64,000 nucleotides of DNA from Chrysomallon squamiferum (lineage: Eukaryota; Animalia; Mollusca). Numbering within the stretch: position 1 is the first letter of the stretch; every line of letters starts with the position of its first letter. Both the position numbers and the translations under genes were made by a program. The DNA lies in assembly GCA_012295275.1 (NCBI GenBank), contig CM022671.1, positions 1,550,001-1,614,000 on the forward strand. The letters run 5' to 3'. The notes beneath the pieces are model-generated. The model saw nothing but the letters and a program-made list of their open reading frames with translations, was not told the DNA's origin and made no database searches. Positions 1-16,080 of the stretch are shown here, piece after piece.

Positions 1-1143
1 TGTTCAGTTCAGAACTTTTCACAGTGAAATTAAGTGTTGGGTTCTGATGCTTGCACTGTTATCATCAACTCTACCTCATGAAATATCAATCGACTGCATT
101 CAGAGGATGATCTGCTTGAAACCGGTTTCCTGGGTGAATCAGAATTTATGCATATTTTCAGAGATTTTCAGGAATTGTACATCTGTACTTTAACAGACAG
201 AAAGACGAACAGACAGGCAGACAGATGGATAGATTAATAATAAATGAATAAGTAAATGGGTATTTAAAAATAACAACAACAACAGTAATAATTCAGTAAT
301 AATGAAAAATTACTGATTATGGTGATTAAAAGAAGAAGAACAAGAACAAAAAAATTAAAATTAATTATTAAAAAAAAAAAATGAAAAATGCAGTTGAAGC
401 AAGCTCAACAGCATCATTTAACACATCAGACAGTAAAAAAATAAAATGCTATGATACAAGAAAGAGAAACAAACAGTCGTAACAAAAGTAAACAAAGCCG
501 CGACAACAACAGCAAACGAATATCACACAAACGTAGTAAGCGCTTACTGTTAACAATGACACGAATTTACTTACCAAAGCAGAGTTTTACATCTTCGCTA
601 ACCATGCACTGACTAATTAGCACAGTAGTCCTCAATACAACGTTTATAAAATAAAACCAATTAAGTTGTGATTCTTAATCTTTTGATGCATCAGGTTTCA
701 TTAATAATTAAGCTGTTAAGACAAGTAAGTGTATGTTGGAAACCACGTAAAGATAATAATCTTGACATAATGAACAAGATAAACGAATCTGAAAAGTCTT
801 AGCTTTTGAATTTAGTAAAGTTTTTTGTAGTTTATTATCCTTGTTAAATAAACTTTCTTTCTGTGAATATGTCCTAAGCTAAATTCTTTTTCCTCATTTA
901 TTTTTTTGTATAAATTTTTTTTTTTTTTTTTTTTTTTAGTGATAGAAACTGTTAAGACTGTTCAAGATTTAATCGAATGAGAAATAATGAAATAAAAGTT
1001 ACTACTACAACATGAAATAGCAAAGATATTTAGAAAAAAATCAATAACAAAAGATAAAGTGACATATAAATAGAGGGACGGAGAAAGAGAGATATGAAAG
1101 CATACAGCAGAAAAAGAAAGAAGAGAAAGATAACGAGTGTGCG

Positions 1144-1146
<3 letters not shown>

Positions 1147-1241
<95 letters not shown>

Positions 1242-1323
1242 AGAGAGAAAAAGAGAGAGAGAGATTTACAAAATTTATTATCATGTGCACGCAAAGGAAA
1301 AAACGGTTCATTTTTAGTTTCCA

Positions 1324-1403
<80 letters not shown>
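1147..1403. repeat. (GA)n followed by (CT)n and (CA)n microsatellites
   Basis: Directly visible. Confidence 0.95.
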
Positions 1404-4400
1404 TTTTCGCATTTTCTCTCTATGTATGTATCTGCCTTTCAGGTTCAAATGGATGAATTCTGAAGCAAAGAAATTTCGTTTTCACTTTAATCAAACTGCT
1501 GACGTGAAGTCAATTCTAGGACGTTACCTATCTGATTCTGTCACTCCACTCCGCACAAGCACTTGAAAACTACAACCAACCATAACATCTCTTCCTATCT
1601 TTTATCCTGGCAAATTTTTAAAAAGACACTGGGCTAAATTAGTTAATGGACTCTTATTATTCCTCTGATACGGTCCGGGAAAGCATCCCTGGTCTTCTAT
1701 TGCGGCTATTAGCCTTATTTGTTATTTGATTTGTCAAGTGAACGCTGCTTCAGTCGGCCTTTTTAAGGACAAGCCGAGATGGAGCAGGCGGCTTCCTGAT
1801 TCTTCTGAGTCTCTCCAGGCGAAAAAGTGCCATTTCCTTTTAGCTCTTGGAAGCGCTTAAAGACAGCGATTTGCAGAAAAAGAAAGAAAAAAATAACCTT
1901 CTGAAAAAGTGAAGATAAAAAAAGACAAGCCCTGGCTGCGCGGACTGCACGAGATGAGCGCGTGAATCGAGAGGCTCCTGCTCCAGAGCGAGAGCGAGGC
2001 TGAAAGGAGGATCTTTGGACCTGCCCTCCGACATCTTGCTCTTTCCTCGTTTGCTTGACACAAATGGACATCAGAGATGCATTTCCTTTTGCCGTCTCTT
2101 TCTGGCTACTTACTGTAAGCCAATTAGTGGTAATGTGCGTTAAAGAAATACGTGAGTCACGCGAGATTTGCTTTGCCTCGTGCGGGCAGCGAGAGAGAGA
2201 TTCTCTTTAAAGCTAAGCACTGCTTCCGTGACCACTCTCTGAGGACAATACGACAGATTAAAAGGATGTATTGTCTCCACTAGAAATTATTGAATGCTTT
2301 ATCACTTAATCTTCTTCCTTCTCTCAATTAGTTTCTGTCTGTAACTCTTTCTGAATCGTTATCTGTAAGTCGTCAGTCTCTGAAGTAATTTTGAACTCTG
2401 TGTATATATATGTATATATTTACTTTATCGTGTTTATATTTCAGTGTGCAAGCTTCTTTCTCTCTCTTTCTATTTCTCCGTCTGTCCTATTGTTTCTCAG
2501 TCATGTCAAAGTGAATTCAATTCAAAAGGTGTTAGTACCAAGACTTACAATATTTTTAGAGTATTATATCGAATGTTATTAGACAATCTGATATTCTCAG
2601 ACAGACATCCAGACAGACAAGACAGTTACTATGATACAGATACAGACAGACAGAAATACAGACACAGGCGGACAGACAGAAGGAGAGAGATATTTGAATT
2701 ATAGACTGGTTTAGCTACTTTTGTACTAGCTAAAGAAGGCAGTCTAGTTTGAACGTAATGTTTTCCAGACTTTAGAAAGTTTGGGGTGATTCAGTGGCAT
2801 AACAGTATCACCAAAATATTGGTCCTCTGGATCAGTATTCCTCGGGCTATTCCGTTTCATGACCGGTGAATCAAACACTATGGTACGTGCTTTCATGTCC
2901 TTCATAATCACAGCTGATAGGAAATAGATATTTGGGAACTATAACAGGTGTGATATTTCTTTAAAAAGTTAATGAGAAATAATCCTTTTTATCAGAAAAA
3001 CTCCAGAATGTGCTTCTTCGAATTTCCTTTTTAACCGTATCATCGTTCTCGGCTAGTTCTCATAGCGCAAATTTTGTTTTCATTTTTATCATATTCAGTA
3101 GTTTTTCACCCCGCATGTTTACTAATTAGCACTTCAGTGTGATCGTATTGGATAAATCTGGTCTGAAAAGGGACAGGTCATATCGATATAAAAATGTGGG
3201 AAGGGAAAGGGACGCACAAAGACAAGTGCTGGGAGACAGTTAGCAAGCCGCGGATCCTCCAACACTCGATGGTGATGCGGAGTCAAGAATTAACTCCACG
3301 AGGGGTGGGGATGGGCGATGTTTTCCCCGAGGGCGAGGCACTTCACTCGTTTGTGGCCAGGTTCAGTGGCCTGAAGCGGTTTCGAGAGGAAAGCTCAAAA
3401 CAGTGAAGTATCCGTCCAAGAGGGATGTCAGCCATCTTGAATTTCGATTGTCCTTGAACTCTGAACTTGTAAAGGTCATGAGTTATTTGCAAAATGTCCA
3501 GTCAAGAGTTTGTTGGATTTTGAATGAAATTATTATTGTTGTTGTTGTTATTATTGTTATTATTATTATTATTATTATTGCTATTATTATTATTGTCATC
3601 ATCATCATCATAATTATGAGTATGACTGGATGTAAGTGAAATCTAATCATTTTATAAAAAAATATATACTGGTGCTGTTCTTCTTTTCAGAGATGCAAAT
3701 AAAAAAATAATAATAATAATTGAGAATTTTTAGCAGTTAAAATATATATATATATTTACTCTAGAATTTGGTGCTATTATCATGTTATTTTTTTCGTTAA
3801 GAAGATGAAAAGATTTTAAAACAGAAAGTGATGTGTTTTATTATTCTTTAATTACTAAATGATTTTCAGTGTCTTTTACTCCTTTTTCTTCTTTATGAGA
3901 AAAAAACAAAACAGAGAATATTTAAATTAAAAACAATTTTTTTCTTATCTATAATTCTAATTTAATATTAATACTTTTTGTTTCATTTTTTGAAAATTAT
4001 TTATTTATTTATGTTGTTGTTTTCATAATGATAATTATTTTCACGGGGAAAAAAAGAACAGAAAATATTTTTTTAATTATTTTTATTTTAAATTTATTCT
4101 TCGAAATATTTCACCATTATCATTATTTTTTCATTACAATTTACATCATCATCATCATCGTCATCGTCATTAAAACATTATCATAATCATTTTCCATTTT
4201 CATCACTGCTTCATCGGTATTAATTTGAAACATTTAAATATAACGGGACAAGCGGCTTGTTTATTCTTCTCAATCCTCTTTCCTCGGAGAGCCGCACAAA
4301 TGAGTCTTTGAATTAATGCTCACTTTAACACGTCTGTATTTTAACCTCCGCAAACCGATATTGAAAACGAGTCTTTATATTTCAATCGGAAAGTTTTATT

Positions 4401-4849
4401 CCGGACGTGTTGTAGCTGGCGAATCATTCCCAGAGTGCCATATGGCACTAATAAAAATTCAGATGCGCGTGCGTTTCGCGTGCCGTGACGACATCGCGGA
4501 CAATTGCAGGGACGTGCTCAGACGGCGGCCGCTGCCTGTGTTGTTTGATTGCTGTTCGGTTTACGGTTCGGTCCCGCGACTACACGACGATGATAACCTT
4601 ATGTTTAGCTCCATCAAATCTAATCTCCATTCTTCTGGGACGACAACAGCGGCATCAATCACCGCCGTCATTCAGGCAGGAATCGGACGACAGCAACATA
4701 CGGTGCATTTTTGTAGTTTCCTTTTTTGAAGAGTGGAGAAAAAAAAAGGGGAAATAAGCGGTCATTTTTTACTGTTTGAACGTTATGTTTTTTAAATTTA
4801 TTTTATAAAAGGCACAGAATTTAATAGTATGCACTTGTAATTGTAAAAG

Positions 4850-4876
4850 ATAATAATAATGATGATGATGATGATG

Positions 4877-4934
<58 letters not shown>

Positions 4935-4980
4935 TGATGATGATGATAATAATAATAATAATAAAATAATAATAATAATT
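4850..4980. repeat. (AAT)n/(GAT)n compound microsatellite
   Basis: Directly visible. Confidence 0.9.
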
Positions 4981-5505
4981 TTATCATCATCATCAACATC
5001 ATAATAATAAATACTATCATCACTATCATCAGCAGCATCTACATAACATACAACAATGCATCAACAGCGCCTGTAATTTTAATATAATAAATAATAAAAC
5101 TGGGGAATGTAACAAATTAACAAGAAAGGAGGCATCTAATAAAAAAACATGACTTCAGTGTACTGAAACGAAACAAACGTACTAAATAATAATTCTCTAT
5201 TATTTTAATAAATATGACTACTATGTTTACTATTTAAAACTAAATTATAAACAGTTAAACAAACAAAAAAACAAATAAATTTATACGTGAATAAATAAAA
5301 TAAAATAAAATGAAATAAAATTAAATAAAATAAAATATCATAATAAATAAATATGTGATTTGTACAAATTTATTTTATACTTTATTATTACTGTTGTTGT
5401 TGTTTTAAATAGTAAGCCGTATTATCTTTGTAAGTTTTTATTTTATTGTATTGTACATGTCTTTATGTCTTTGACATTTTTTTAATATTAATGTGTTGTT
5501 AATGC

Positions 5506-5562
<57 letters not shown>

Positions 5563-7213
5563 ATTTCACCTTTAAAATACTCTTAAAATTGCATTGAAAG
5601 GATTTTTTTTATTTTATTTTTTTTATTAAACCCACATTTTCCTAGCTTTCTTTTGTTGCTGTGCGATTAACACAGGTTTTATTGTCCAATCAAATTGCCG
5701 GCACACAAGCAACTTAGATAAACATTAATGTACGAAATCTATTAATGCACCCTAATTACCGAATATCATTAAAGGATTAATTAAAGCAGCTGGTGGATAT
5801 CTTATGCCAATTAGCCTGTATCAATTTTCTTCAATCCATTTCTGGATCTTGAGCATTAGCGGCATTGAATTCAGAACATACCATAATGAAGCGAAATACA
5901 AACAACTTTACGCCAATTTCAGCTAATTTAAAACCACGAAATATGAATATATCTTGTAACAACAAGACCTTAACTACCCATTAGATCCCAAAAAGCTTCA
6001 GTATTGGAGGATTTCTTTTTTCTAAACGACACAGCGATCTGCTTAAAACCTGCATGAGCTAAGTTCCTGGTGTGCTATTGTAACAAGTCCAGCCAGCAAT
6101 AATTCTACGTTTTTGTAAATCTCACTCAAACAAGAAAAAAAAAAAAAAAAAAAAAAAAAAAATCGTTATACCTGAGCACATTAAGCTCTTGTAAAAGACT
6201 TTTGCACTCGCCTCTTCGCGACACACTTAGAGGAAGAGTCTGCGACGCTAATTGGTTAATTGCATCAGTTACGCGCTTTTCCATTGGCAGTGAGCGACGC
6301 ATCCTCCAACAGACCCGTTCTTCACTAATCAGATAATGGCGCTTGGTCCAGGTAACGTCTCTTGCTGGATGAATCTCTTTTCCGGACTGGGGCTATATTT
6401 TCCACTTAATTGCTACTGGCTTTTTATTTCCAAGCTGAATTGGATGGCTTATCCCGTGTCGAACACGTGTCCTAATTGAGATGCATTACTTCCGGGGCGA
6501 AATGCACAACGGAAGAAAGGGAAGACGCTAAACAATGGAAGGACATTAGAGGACGAGCTAGACTGCGCCATTTTTACCTGTGCACCGCTGATCAAAGTAG
6601 GAAGACGAACAAAGGAGGAGTATTGCGAGTTACTGACCCGGGTAGTCACAACTAAACTCTTGTAATATTTTTAAATTTTCACCTACTTCATCAACTTTGA
6701 TCTCTGAATACTGACCGGTACAGTAGGTCATAAAGGAACAAACGAGTTTGTGTGCATAGGAATAAATATTTGGACAGAAATAAATATTTAAATGAGTTTT
6801 CAGTAAATAATCAATGAATATCACCTGTATCAGGACAAAAGAAAATATTTCTAAGACAAATTTTTAAATTCTTTAAAAAATTGTAAAAATGTTTCTGTGA
6901 TAAGTTTTATTGTCATCACTAGCTTTCCCCGTAACTGTCTCATGAAAACTGTCTCAAGGCGAAACAAGAACAAGAGTTAGAAACAAACCATGTTGTTAAG
7001 CGTCAAAACATTAGATTTACAGCTGATTTCACTGACACTACATGTTTGTTATACACATGAAAAAATATGTAAAAGATAGTTTTGGTACGTAATAGAAGTT
7101 TGTGAATAAGATAAAATATAATAAATACATTTTAATATACATGTATTACTACCATTGTTGTTGATATTTTAATCCGGTAATAAAGAATTATTGTACAGAG
7201 GCGTATGGGTGAT

Positions 7214-7216
<3 letters not shown>

Positions 7217-7308
<92 letters not shown>

Positions 7309-7327
7309 GTGAGTGAATGAGAGAGAG
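7217..7327. repeat. (GA)n microsatellite
   Basis: Directly visible. Confidence 0.95.
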
Positions 7328-8325
7328 TTTATGACCTGTCTCTAAACCTTCACTAATTCACTGTATACACTGTTTATCACGTTTTTGTTACGCCACCCTT
7401 CCAAAAACGCTAGTTAGGAAAGAATAACAGCCTCTCGCCTGGGGATTATAAAGAAGACAAAAGAGGAGAACGAACTCTTTGTTGCTTGCTGTATTTTTTC
7501 GCCTGCGTGAATCTGCGAGCAGGCAAAGCTTGGGACAGAACAAGGGTTAGGAACCGATCTCGGATGCGGACTCCATCAACCATATGTTTCCCCCAGTCCT
7601 GGTTAAGCGTCAGAACGTGAGATTCGCGGCTCATTTCAATGACAATAATCTCCATTAATGTTATCAATCATGTCCAATCGCATTTCATGGGCCTCAAAGG
7701 GACCGTTCCTTGCAATTAAAAAGTGTTCCGCTTAGGTGGCCAGGCTACAATAGGATTGCGACCAGTGTAAAAGTTTCGACTGACAATCGGTTGGGAAGTG
7801 TCCAAATGGATTTTTGTTTTGTGATAATTGCCTCTCGGTGTTAAGTGGTGAAGTTAACAATTTTCGCCTGAAATGAAAACATGTAGAAATTAAGTGAATG
7901 AGAAATTCGGGGAGTAATGAGGTGAAGTTGATCCTGCGCGCTCAACTCTGGCGGGATCGCGTCGTGGTAGGCGTAGCTGTCCTCAGAACCGTGACGTAAT
8001 AATATTAATTATTATTACAATCTTTGAAGACGATGACGAAGAAGAAATTAAAAAATATATGAGTCTGATTAATTAAAATGAAACAGAAAAGAACATCTTT
8101 TTTTTTTTTTTTTTTTTTTTACTTTAAAAGATTAATAGAAAAAAAATAGAAGAAGAAGAAGAAGAAAGTAAATTGGAAAGAAAACTAACATACTATGTCA
8201 AACATATTTTCTCTAGTAGCATATAAACAACAACAACAACAATAACATACAACTACCACTGATAATAATAATAATAATAATAAAATAACCTTTTTTTTTT
8301 TTTTTTCTTTTTTTTTTTCAAATGT

Positions 8326-8369
<44 letters not shown>

Positions 8370-10467
8370 GAAACCAAAAAACACGAACAATATCATGTAA
8401 TACATCTTTCCCGCGTGCAGTCGCGTGCTATCCACGTGGTATCTTAATTTACTTCACTCCGGTGTCAGATTTCCGTCTGATAGCGTAATGACCACTTACC
8501 ATACAACCGCTGCATTTCGCCAAATTACGGTCCACCTTCGGCTTACTTCGTAGATTACCCGAATTAAGACGACGTATGTTCGCGGGAGCTGGCGGATAAT
8601 GCTTTATGGTGAACGTAATTTATTTCCGTTGTCTTTTTCTTTTTTCCTTATTTTTCTCGTACAAAGGGTTCCTCGTGACCCCTGTATCCTTTAATGAAGT
8701 ATTTTAAACAAATGGCGACAATCTATGACAATATATTTACCCCGAAACGTCAGCGTAAATCAAAGTGAACATAAGGCCGCGTGATGGAGTGATGAAATGT
8801 AGTATTCTCCGCAAAGAACCGAAAACTACCATCTCTGCAAAAAGAAAAGAATCTTTTGTGAAATCGAACTTTTCTACTTCGTAGGTTTGTGATTTGAGTA
8901 TGAAAGCAAAATTATATATTTCATGATGTTGCATTTTCGGCTAATTATGTTTACCGGGCTTGTTGGAAATTAAGGCCTGAGATAGGGTATAGAGACCTGT
9001 ATTACACGAGGTTTAACCGACATATTAACTTTAGTGATTGTTGTAATTACCACCAGAGTGTTTACTACTGGCTACTGGGTGACCGGGTCATCGTATACTT
9101 TTCATAAAGTTTCGTTTTTTAAATACAGGCTTGAATTTCACCATAATTTTATTTCTTCTTCTGTGTTTTTTTTTTCTAACCATTTCCTTTCAGACATCGT
9201 ATTCGTGTGTGACTTTTATTGTTACTTTTATTATTTATTTTTAACTTGTTGTTATATATTTTCTTGTCATTTGTTTTGTTTATTCTGTATTTATTATTAA
9301 TATTTTAATTTGTTTAATTAATTTATTTTTGTTGCTTATATTATTTATTTCGATTCTATATTAAATTCATCAGCATAGTGTTATTAATGTAGTTTTGTAT
9401 TTTTGTTTCCGTGTTATTTAATTTTTAAATCACTTTAATTTACTTACTTTTTATTATTTCTTTTATGGATTCTTCATATCTTGCAGGCATATTATTCACT
9501 GTGGACATCTTACTATACAGTTTACCATTTATATATTTAGTTATTAAAAAGTGTTTATGTTAATTAATGTAGTTTTATTTGCATTTCGACATTAGACTCC
9601 GCACGATCTTTGTACACAATACTTTTTTTTACTCTTAACTAATTTTAATAACACTATATTTTAATTTCTATTATATTTAATATTTAATTTATGTATAAAA
9701 ATTGACCATTCACCCTTGTTTTTAAATTACACATCTGTGTATGTAACTGTTTCATAATGAAAGGTATGTTTTGATTTTACCTATATATAATATATATATA
9801 TATATATATAAGGTTAGCGAATCAACAGATAAAATATACTTGTTTAACGACACCCATTTAAATGTTATGTTATGAAATGTCAGCATTTTTTATTACTGTT
9901 ATTTTTTCATTATTATTTTATTTTTCTGATGTTTTTAAATTGTGTTTTGTTTTGTTTGTTTATTATCGTATTTTATTTTATTTTTGTTTTTATTTTATTT
10001 TATTATTTATTTCATTTTTATTTTTCATTATTATTTTTCATTCTTCTTCTTCTGATTATTAATACTATTATTACTATATATAATGAAGATTATTACAAAA
10101 GATATCTAACATTTTGTTTTTAGTGTAATAACGCAGCATTATATGTGACATTTCAAAGGAAAGTCAATGGCAGGAACGGGAAATCACACAATCTGAGCAA
10201 TAAGTAGCATCGATCCCTTTACTCGTTTACCTAAACCCTTCTCCTAAATCACTGGTAATAGAATCATCCCGGGAAAATGCTAATAAACAGTCTGCAGTAT
10301 TATTTCAGACAATGTTTTCCTGTCAACTTTAATATCATTCATTCATTAGGATTAGAGTACAAATTCGTCTGTCTGGATTTTTCATATTTTTTATTTCGAT
10401 TTTATTTTTGGGCGTAGTTCACTGCACCTGATCGTTTAACTCGCACCCAGCCACCCTCGGGCAATAA

Positions 10468-10505
<38 letters not shown>

Positions 10506-11000
10506 CAGTCAGTTTACAAGCAAATCTGAAGTTAATAATTTCCTAATGCAAATTATTTGACTATCTCCGACTTTATGTTTAACAGGCAATTTGCGTGGCG
10601 GTCCTGCAGGTTCAGGACGGTAAAGATCGTTGTTTTGAATGGCCCATTCCTTGTCTCTTGCTGGCCATAAAACGAAACCGGAAGCAGTTAGAAGAAGCAA
10701 TTGCACATTACTTGCTCAGCGTCCTATAACACGAGGTCTTGGCCGGGAGTGTAAATTGAAATTGTTTTAGCGACAATAAAATGATACCATTTACTTTTCC
10801 CCGTGCTCATATCAGATGTTAAAGTCCTAATAAAATTGATAGCGCGACGCGAAATACGGCTGCGAAATAAAAAAAAAAAAAAAGAGAAAACAAAAAAAAA
10901 ATGATTAAAAATCACAGCTTTCTGTTCGATAGTTTGATGAATAATTTTTTCCTTGTTCTTTTTTCTTTCTTTCAGGTTTTCTCCCTTTTTTTAAATTCTT

Positions 11001-11001
11001 T

Positions 11002-11044
<43 letters not shown>

Positions 11045-11060
11045 TTACATTTTATTTTAT

Positions 11061-11119
<59 letters not shown>

Positions 11120-11151
11120 TTTTTCTTCTTCTTCTTCTTCTTCTTCTTCTT

Positions 11152-11182
<31 letters not shown>

Positions 11183-11200
11183 TTATTATTATTGTTATTA
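11001..11200. repeat. (TTTA)n-(TAT)n-(TCT)n compound microsatellite
   Basis: Directly visible. Confidence 0.9.
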
Positions 11201-12163
11201 TTGGTTTGTTTTCTTTCCTTTGGCTCTCTCATTCTTTCAGTTTTTCTTTTCTTTCATTCCACATAATTTTTTATATTTTTCTTTTCTTTTTTTTTTTACA
11301 TTTTCCTTCTTTCTTTTTCTTTTTTTTAAATTCTTTTTTATTTATTATTCATTCATTCATTTATTTACTTTCTTTCTCCATTCCTTTATTCCTCTTTCTT
11401 TCTTTCTATTTTTGTATTTTCTTTCCTTTCTTTTTTCTAACTCTTTCCTTCGTTTTTGTTTCTTTCCTATTGTTTTAACATGTGTTCATTGCTTTTAAAA
11501 AAAAAAAAAAAAAAAGCCGTGAAAGCTAAAAACAAAAAAAAGCCAAACAAGCGTTAGAGATTTTTACGGCCACCATATGGCTACTGTCAGAAATGGCCAT
11601 TATGGAAACGAGAATCCGCCTCGATTCTTCGTCACTCTGTTTTCATGCGGACGAGATAAATACCGTGTCTTTTGACAAGCCTGGCGCTCGCCTCAAACGT
11701 GTATTAATCTCAATTAGACGGCCAGATTATTATCTGCGTTTTTATTTTTACACACCCAGCTGGAAGTCGCACGGAGACAGAGGTAAATACAGGTGTGTTT
11801 CGCTGATTGGAAAAGCGCGAGATGCTCGGAAACGTAATAGCGTTGAAATTGAAAATCTGTGATTGTCAGAGAAGTGGCTGTTAAAGATTAACTGTTTTAT
11901 AATGGATTGTTTTCTCGATAGATGTTTGGACACAGTCTTGATGCAGGCATAATTACGTTTATAATTACATACGTAGTTATTTTTATGTATATATTTTCAT
12001 ATGTGTAATATTATACGTGCGAGGATACACACACACACACATATATACATGTGTTAACTGCATCGTGCATAAACACGAACAGGCACTTACGAACATACAT
12101 TCATAAATGTACGCATGCGTGCAACCTTTTGTTATACGATTATGACGTAATTATATTTAAGCC

Positions 12164-12195
12164 AGTGGTAGTAGTAGGAGTAGTAGTAGTAGTAG

Positions 12196-12231
<36 letters not shown>

Positions 12232-12276
12232 AAGTAGAAGAAGAAATAGTAGGAGTGGTAGTAGTAGTAGTAGTAG

Positions 12277-12312
<36 letters not shown>

Positions 12313-12338
12313 AAGTAGAAGAAGAAATAGTAGGAGTG

Positions 12339-12370
<32 letters not shown>

Positions 12371-12401
12371 CGTAGTCGTAGTGGTAGTGGTGGTGGTGGT
12401 G

Positions 12402-12458
<57 letters not shown>
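12164..12458. repeat. (GTA/GTC/GTG)n compound triplet repeat with an internal ~81-bp duplication
   Basis: Block gtagaagtagaagaagaaatagtaggagtggta occurs twice. Confidence 0.9.
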
Positions 12459-15315
12459 TTGATGTTTTAGTAATATAAAACAATTAGAGTTCTTACTCTC
12501 TGTTTAACTTTCACTGTTCTAAAATTCTGTCCTTCCCACAAACACATTTTCTACAATCACACAATTCGCCCTCAACATGCTAATCGTAACTTAAGTATTA
12601 ATATAATTCCATGACAGACAACAAACCGTTCCGACATTTGCAGGCTTTGTGGAAGTTCTAAACAAAAGTGACGTTAACAAGTGGACTGTTTTAGATCGGA
12701 CAGATAACCACGGCGGATCAAAACACGCTTCTCCTTCACTCGCCCGCTAACCGACATCGACAAGTTCTTATTCACGTCTCCTTTTCAGTCTTGTCTTTGC
12801 TCTGCTCGGTTCCCTTTAACTTCGAGATTTTATCTCTCGTCCCGTCTCGTTCACAATCAGCATTCTTGTGCAGAGGAAAAAATATCAAATCATTTTGTGT
12901 TAACGTCGACCCTAAAAATTCTCCAAGCTAAACTAGTCAGAAACCCCCGAAATCATGAAGGTTATTATTATTTTTTTTTTTTTATTTTTTTTTTTCCTTT
13001 CTTTATCTTCTTCTTCTTTTTTTTTCCTTTCATTCTTTCTTTTATTTCTATGGTCATATGTTCAATAGGGACCTCTGGACCCCATGATGCGTGCTTTACC
13101 AGAAAGCGAATGCGATAATGCCTCGCTATTCTAACTCGCGGCGGAGACTGTGCTCGGAGCCTAACAATCTGTTGATTTAAAACGAAAAGCGAAGAATTGG
13201 ATTTCGCGGTGGGAACGCGGATGAAAACCCCCACCGTGCGTCCTTTTGTTGGCGTGTCAGGTAGGACTAACCGAGGGGGAGGCTCGCTCGTCTAATCCGC
13301 AGTGAATGCTCTTTTCTGCCCGGGCGGCGGGGGGTGAACCGCTCTTTCACTAATTACTAACCCGAGTTGCGGGTGTGGCCCTCGGCAAAGGTTCAGGTGA
13401 CTCGGTGACCCTGGTGGAAATGTGACACAATTATTATGTGAACTCTTCGTCTTCAGTCCGTACGTCCATCCCATCTTCTGTCTGTCCCTTCTTCCCTCCC
13501 AGTTCACCTCTCTGTCGAACCTCCTCCAATTTTCCTTTCAGCATCAAAACTACTACTGCTACTACTACTGTCTTACCTTCTACTGGTGTAAAGGATACTT
13601 TTGCTTATATTACTACTATTATTTTTACTATAGTTTCCATTCTTAAGCTGCTATTTAATTTTTTTTATTGCTACTGCTGACTACTTTTTTTTTGTAGTTT
13701 TCACTAAGCTGCTATTCATGTTTTTACTGCGACTGCTTTTAATACTAGTACTAAGACTTATCATTATGCTACAGCTGCTACTATTACTATTACTAATAGT
13801 CCTGTTACTAATTTATCATACTGACATATTAGTAGATTACTGACACTATTAAATTTATCAAGAATAATTTAAGAAGCCATTATTAATATTTTCAGTATTT
13901 ACAATCAATATTTTGATTTTGAACTGAAAAGGAAAAAAAAAATTAGTATTAAGTATTTTAAATAATGCCCATTATTTTTCTAGTAATTTTACTTAATGAC
14001 ATGGACATCAGTTTAGAATAAATAAATAAAAGAAAACTGAATACTTTCAATTCTGCTAACCGCACGCCCAATTACGTTTAAACATCCACTTTGTTAAATT
14101 CAAACACATTGGCGGTTATTACTCTCACTAATTTTAAATCGAGTATTTCACTTTAAAAAAATGCATTATCTCCGATCGTTGAATCGCAAACAGTTAAAAC
14201 TCACAAAGAGAAATATTAGTAAAGTGAACTCTTTCAATTGACATTCATCTGACACTTAATTATTTTAAAGCCCGATTAATGAAGCGTTCGAGCTTGTAGG
14301 TGAATCTTTTGTTCAAAGTTTCGTTTTAAGAGTTATCAAACAGTCGTTAAGGTAAATTTACCACGTAAGTTGAAAATCATCAATCAGCAATACTTTCTGA
14401 GAAATTGAAAAATATTCTCCGTTACTTTGATCATATTCTGTTACAAATGGAAGCTCGGGTAAATTTTGGTAATGGCGCCAAAAAGTGATACCGTTTTCCA
14501 AATATTACTGTTTGTTTTTGCACAAATGATTTTGTGGTGAACCAGAGTGAATTATTTTAAATTTCGCTACGTGAGGAAAGTGTTGTGCTCCTGATTTTTC
14601 TAAAACTAATGTAAACGTAAATTATATTTAATTAACTGACCCTTACCAACAAAGTTATTTCACTCTGTCAATGGGAAATTAGAGAAATTGACCATTAAAT
14701 ATACGCATTAAATAATTAATTTAAAGTACATCCTTAATACACACCTCTGTAAAATTTATTTCCTTTATACGTCCATTCGTCCGTCTTTCTCTTTTTCTGA
14801 TGGTATATTGAAAACTCTAATTACTCTTTCACTTTTTCTATCTTTATCTTTCTTTCATTATTTCTCAAAACATATCATAAATACAGGTTTAAAGAAATAT
14901 GAACTGCGTTTTGTTTATATATATATAAATTAGTGGAATATTCCAATCGAAATGATGCAGTATTAAAATTAATAAAATAAAATAAAATAAATTAAAATAG
15001 AATAATTTCTTTTTTTGATTGCGCTTCCAGTTAGCAGAAATAAACTGACAAATTAACACTGATAACGTAATATTTGTATAAATTAATATTTTTGAGATTA
15101 ATCATCCGTGTTGTTTAAACAGTATAATTACAGTAAGAAATAGGTTTGTAAGTACTATGAACTTATTTCACTTACTTGTCTCTATAATTCTATTTGTCAG
15201 ACTAAAGAGAACACATTTCCTTCTCTTATTTGCTGCAATTTATATCTGATGGTCAATATTTACTAAGAAATTCATGTAATTATTAAAAAAAAAAAAAAAA
15301 TAAATAAATAAATAA

Positions 15316-15396
<81 letters not shown>

Positions 15397-15811
15397 AACA
15401 AATAACAATAAAAATAAAAATTATTCCTAAATTTGAAAATACACTTATAAATTTAAAATCATTACAGAATATTTTCTTTCTTTTCGTATTAAAATAAATT
15501 TTGACATTCCATCGATCGCTCTGCTCTGCTGTTTGAAACTGGGGTTTTCCTGCTTTTTAACCTTTATTTATTTTCGTTTATTTAGAAACCGGATAGGATC
15601 TTATAAATATATTATTATCTCCCCTGCAACTGTTTTGTTCCCGTCTTTTCAAGCACGTTCTAGTATGACCCGTCTCCATTTTGAATAATTTAAATCTATA
15701 ACAGGTGGCGCTGTTGTATCACTTCACTGCAAACAAATAAATGCTGCTGTTGTTGTCGCTGGTGATGAGTTTTCGGTATTTTCTGGATGACATTATAGAT
15801 AAATCACAACA

Positions 15812-15813
<2 letters not shown>

Positions 15814-15846
<33 letters not shown>

Positions 15847-15849
15847 TTT

Positions 15850-15888
<39 letters not shown>

Positions 15889-16005
15889 CTTACTTACTTA
15901 TTTATTTTATTTTATTTTGAATTATTTTATTTTATTTATTTATTTATTTACTTATTTATTTTATTTTATTTTATTTTATTTTATTTTATTTTATTTTATT
16001 TTATT

Positions 16006-16044
<39 letters not shown>

Positions 16045-16080
16045 TTTGTTTGTTTGTTTATTTATTTATTTATTATTATT
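15814..16080. repeat. (ATT)n/(TTTA)n/(TTTTA)n compound microsatellite
   Basis: Directly visible. Confidence 0.9.

Noticed and set aside
1763-2071. Three overlapping minus-strand ORFs
   Set aside because: All three frames being open reflects local composition; no family similarity recognised.
4316-4729. 137-aa ORF in a GC-richer island
   Set aside because: No recognisable motif and no flanking exon chain; more consistent with a non-coding island.
8684-8692. GTATCCTTT U12-donor-like word
   Set aside because: No upstream exon or matching branch point identified; likely chance.
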